Source: Ginglymostoma cirratum (taxonomy: Eukaryota). From it: a DNA stretch of 64,000 nucleotides. Numbering within the stretch: position 1 is the stretch's first letter; the number at the start of each line of letters is the position of its first letter. The notes under the pieces are model-generated. The model ran no database searches. It was not told the origin of the DNA and saw only the letters and a program-made list of their open reading frames with translations. The DNA lies in the NCBI GenBank assembly GCA_024137785.1, contig JAHRHZ010000004.1:8588328-8652327 (forward strand), in the 5' to 3' direction. Shown here in pieces: positions 59,411 through 64,000 of the stretch. The position numbers were made by a program, and so were the translations under genes.

Positions 59411-61819
59411 CCATATTTGTGAAACAGAATTACTCCCTCAAGTCTGCTGTCTTATATTTTAAAAAAAGCTATAAGCTCATTCGTAACAAGTAATTTTGAA
59501 ACAGCAACACTGAAATTAACAGAAAATGTTGGATTGCATTTATAATTTGCTTTTAACAAAGTGCTGATGGTTCTTTTTAGTTAGATTAACTTGGCTTAAT
59601 TCCACTAATGGATCCTGCGCCAGCGTGTGCTTTATTCAAAGTTATGAATTTGACAATAAATAAGATTTTTGCCTCGGAAGCTTTGGTTTTGAAGTGTTCT
59701 TTTTAAACTTGGAGTTGTACAGCAAAGAAACTACACAGTTATCGTAGGACCAGAGGACAAGCCCCAAAGGAACAGCTCAGCAGCTGAGTAATAACTTCCA
59801 ATTCTTCCTTTTTTCCGGTGTTATGGTTTCAGGCTGCCCCTTTGGGAGCAGTTTCCTGCAAATCCATGACATCCTTCTTGGACATTTGAAGATTTCAATT
59901 CTGGCGTGTTTGGTTAATTTTCAATGAATGAATGGTGTATTCCCAGAGTCGGAGCTTCAGAATTCCCACTTAACTTCGCAGCTGGAAATAATATTGATAA
60001 GGGCTAAGTTAAACATCTGGACTGTTTTTAGAAGGATTGTAATTGTAGCAGAAGGGAGAAGAGTAACTAGCACAGTTCAAGCATTATGCCTCGTCTAAGG
60101 GACCTGCATGCTTGATTTGAAAATGTGGAAGTATAATTGGCGAAGGCTGATTGCTGCCTGATGTCTCTTATAGGTTTTGGTCTCTGAAATTTTCCTATAA
60201 GAAGCGCACTTCCAGAAAAAAAAACAATCTTCCATTTGAGTCCCAAAATGTTTAGTCCTTCCAACACTCTGTGCACATGTATATGTGCGGAGGAACCTGT
60301 AACTCCTACACATCACACACAATGTTTGTTGCACACTTAACATTAACTGCTGACACGTTTTGAGGTTTGCATGTCCAGACAACTCCATGGATGCTTCAGT
60401 AGATGTTGGAAGCAGTGATGTTGGGGGTGAGGGAGTAAAAACATTTTCTAAAAGAGGGACTTTTATGTAGCTGCTTTCTAACCCAAATTCATCGTATGCT
60501 TTACTTACAAAATAATACAGTGATCACCTTCTTTTTCCAGTTCGTCCAAAGCAAGTAATCAGACGATTTTTGCTTGCAGATTTTTTTGTACGTCCTTTGT
60601 TGACACTTGTTTAGAGGTTCCTCAAACATTCTCCCCTTTGCCTCTCCCAACCCCCACTTCTCTCTACTCCAAGGTTCTGAGTTTGTGTTGACCTACACAA
60701 TGGGTGCATTTATTTGATCCTGCCCTCAACAATTATTGTCACTTTGCAATAGGTTTCAGCGAAAAGGGAAAGGCTTGCAATTGTATAAAACCTATTCTTT
60801 TGATGTTCTCACAATTCTGATCCCCCACAGAAATGATGATGTGAATGCAGGTTCGATTTAGAATTGCAGCTAAATCTGATACTGGAACCATGCAGAATGA
60901 AATACCTGGAGCTTGAGCTCTCAAGTCCGTTTGCCCTCCCTGTTTAGTTGCAACTTCACCAACATTAAAGTTATGAAGTATAAATCGATGATGTTTCCGA
61001 GTGCCTTGTGTGTAAGATTATCTAATTTTGCCTGTGTGGTCATCACCCTGTTTCACCCAGTAGAATGAACACTGAACACTGATTGGTCTTGTTTGCCGTG
61101 GTCCCGTCAAATGAAATCCACATACACACTCATTTTTTTCAGCCCCTGTATCTGATCGAACATAGTTTGGTTGAAATATACATTGCATGCTAATGAAATT
61201 GCATTCAGCATTAGAAAGAACCTTGGTGAATAGACAGACTCCATGCACAAACAGTGCAGCAAAACAGATAAAGGCTGCTTGAATCAACAGTGCGATCCAA
61301 AAATGTATGTGCAGGCTGTGGAGTAGATCTTTTGGCCCCTTAACCTGTCACGGATTCTGTGGGTCCTTGTGTGGCTGATGACTCTGATCCGAGAGCCGGC
61401 TCTCTGACCACGCATTTGACAGGTTTTTCCAGGAGGTGAAAACTGGTCCTTGGCCTTGGGTTCACTAGCATTCCTTTCTCCACTTCCTTTCCCATACTCT
61501 CTCTTGCCGCTGGGTGCCCTCAAAGAATTGTCCCAGGCTATTCGTCCACGTTGGTCTCTTCTGAACTAGGGTCTCCCAGGCACTGACATCTATGTTGCAT
61601 TTCTTGACGGAAGCCTAGTTACAGTGGAATCTAGTGGTCAGACTACATTTGTAATATTGCTTTCTGTGTAGCAATGAAAGTGGTAGAACATCACAAAGGG
61701 TAAAGAATAAACTGAATGCAATTAAAAATGATTTAGCTTCCGTTCAAAGGCTGCAGCGAAGGGAATGGAATGGAGAGTTTAATGAACGCGTGAACAGGAG
61801 CAAACCATTGAAATATTTA

Positions 61820-62140
61820 GGGCGGCACAGTGTTTAGCACTGCTGCCTCAGTGTTAGGGACCCAGGTTCGATTCCAGCCTTGGGGGGGGTGATTGTCTGT
61901 GTGGAGTTTCTACATTCGCTCCATATCTGTATGGGTTTCCTCCGGGTGCTCTGCTTCCCTCCCACAGTCCAAAGATGTGCAGGTTGGGTGGATTGGTCAT
62001 TCTAAGTTGCCCATCGTGTGCGGGTTAGGTGGGTTAGCCATGGTAAAGGTGGAGTTTTGGGGATAGGGTGGGATACTCTTTAGAGAGTCTGTGCAGATTT
62101 GATGTGCTGAGTGACTTCGTTCTGCATTGTAGGGATTCTG
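61820..62140 (+). mobile_element. HE1 V-SINE
   Basis: 'gggcggcacagtgtttagcactgctgcctc...aggttcgattccagcc...gtagggattctg'. Confidence 0.9.
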
Positions 62141-62298
62141 AGGCCCTCAAGTCAAACTGTTTGGATTATGGTTGATCTGTACTTCACCACCTCATGTGAC
62201 CACTGCTGATGATCCATATTCCTTAATGTCCTTGTTCAGTAAAGCTCTACCTATCACAGTCTAGACGGTTTCAATTGAGCAACATCTACAATGCTTTT

Positions 62299-62332
62299 GA
62301 GAGAGAGACAGAGAGTGAGAGAGAGAGAGAGT
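62299..62332. repeat. (GA)n microsatellite
   Basis: gagagagagacagagagtgagagagagagagag. Confidence 0.9.
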
Positions 62333-62530
62333 CTCATATTTTTCACTGAGCCTTTGTTGCACAATAGAGGTAAAGTATGTTAAATGGAGCAGATCAATTA
62401 AACTCATCGCTACAGTATTGCCAAGTACACCGGAAGATATGATTGGAAATTATTTAAACATAGTTCATAACAAGCATCAGCAAGCACAATCTCCTGTAAT
62501 TCTTTGGCATAATCTCCAAAATCTAATTTA

Positions 62531-62865
62531 GGGAGGCAATGGCCCTAGTGGTACTATCGTCGGACTCTTGATCCAGAAACTCGGCTAATGTTCTTGGTAC
62601 CAGTGCTCCTATCACTGTGGCAGATGGTGAAATTCGAATTCAATTAACAAAAAAACTGGAAATAATGATGACCATGAAATGATTGTCAATTGTGATTTAA
62701 AAGCCTATCTAACTAGCTGAAGGAAATCACCTGGTCTGGCCTACATGTGACTCCAGACCCAGAAGCATGTGGTTGACTCATCAATGCCCTCTGGTTTATT
62801 GGCGGTGGGGCAATGAATGTTTGCCTAACCAACGATGCCCACATCCTGTGAATGAATAAAAAAAA
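62531..62865 (+). mobile_element. tRNA-derived SINE family B
   Basis: 'gggaggcaatggccctagtggtac...gatgcccacatcctgtgaatgaataaaaaaaa'. Confidence 0.85.
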
Positions 62866-62930
62866 GGTTTGTGTATTGGTGACATTGGGTTTATTTTGCA
62901 CATTCTGTCCGTTTCTGTGTAGATTTCTTT

Positions 62931-63260
62931 GGTGAGGCGATGGCCTAATGTTATTATCTCTGGACTGTTAATCCAGAAACCAAGATAACATTCTGGGGAT
63001 GTGGCACAGCAGATGGTGGAATTTGAATTCAATAACTATATTTGGAATTAAGAATCTATTTATGATCCTGAATCTATTGTTGGAAAAACCCACCTGGTTC
63101 ACTAATATCCTTTAGGGAAAGAAACTGTCGTCCTTACCCAGTCTGGCGTACATCTGACGCAGCAATGTGGTTGATTCTGAACTGCCCTCTGGGCAATTAG
63201 GGATGGGCAATAAATGCTGCCTAGCCAGCGATGCCCTCATTCCATTAATGAATTAAAAAA
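62931..63260 (+). mobile_element. tRNA-derived SINE family B, adjacent second copy
   Basis: 'ggtgaggcgatggcctaatgttatt...gggcaataaatgctgcctagccagcgatgccc...aattaaaaaa'. Confidence 0.85.
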
Positions 63261-64000
63261 CTCAATATATATTTGAACTGTCAGAATAACATGCAGAGAT
63301 AGCCAGCAAAAGATCTTGCAAACTTTCTCATTTTTTTCAATGAAGGTTCCTTTTAAAACCTTGATGCTATGTGTGTGTAGTTCCTTTAGTATACAGCTAA
63401 GTATGTATTCTGTTCAATATGGAACCGGGTTGGAACCATATGGCATATGCAGAACTCAAGGCTAGTCTAACGTCCTCGGTCTGTCTGGGTCAGTGTTATA
63501 TTGCACCTTGTTCTTTCTCAGTTGCACGGGGGACAGAGTACGCAACATGAACAGGATGCAAAAAAGATTTGCAAGGGTGTAACCTTAACTCATGAAAGAC
63601 TGAACAAGCTGAGGCCCTTATCCGAATACAGGTTGTGATTAAATATGTATAACATGGGTTAGCTCCTGGATTTGAAAATGAAGCAGATGCATGTGCATTT
63701 GTCCTATGAAGATTTTCTCTTGAAAAATGGTCAGAAATTCATTCTGGGAGAGTGAACCAAGTACATCAATTCCAAAAAGATGCAATGAATTTAATCGATT
63801 GCCTGGCAGACCTTTCTAGTGTTAATGGAGAAGATATTTATAACTTTTGAATTTATGACATGCAAAGTAAATGAATATAACTATTAATTTTGTTTTGAAA
63901 GGCATCAAAAAAGTTTTTAGCTCAAAAGAAAAAAGGCTTTCCCTGAACAGGAGGGTTTTTTTTCCCCCAGCTGAGCTCAGGGGAATGAGTCACAGTAATT

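Noticed and set aside
62531-63260. Adjacent SINE B pair as a tandem segmental duplication
   Set aside because: The copies have different internal deletions and unrelated flanks, so they are independent insertions.
1-64000. CRISPR arrays, operons or prokaryotic defence systems
   Set aside because: Sequence is vertebrate; no regularly spaced repeat-spacer array or dense coding structure.

Overview
Eukaryotic, repeat-rich DNA from a cartilaginous fish, most likely a shark. This assignment is inferred from many HE1-type V-SINEs, SacSINE1/DeuSINE-like elements and shark-type CR1 and Penelope repeats. I recognise no intact host gene, rRNA or tRNA, so the window reads as intronic or intergenic. The supplied ORFs are retroelement fragments or chance ORFs. 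The repeats include at least 13 HE1 SINEs, two further tRNA-derived SINE families, DeuSINE relics, CR1/L2/Rex1/RTE/Tx1 LINE fragments, solo LTRs and many Penelope-like element (PLE) pieces. The most striking pattern is a set of small PLE-derived fold-back insertions, some carrying minimal hammerhead ribozyme cores, most flanked by 13-17 bp target-site duplications (TSDs). Other notable items are a 400-N gap that looks like a false gap inside one fold-back element, a non-TE 27-bp-arm hairpin with a template-switch signature, a CR1 with a fold-back 5' end, a bipartite non-autonomous Rex1-tailed element, and a few weak orphan splice signals. Family names come from recalled consensus motifs, not a database search. 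Repeat boundaries are approximate unless a TSD is quoted.
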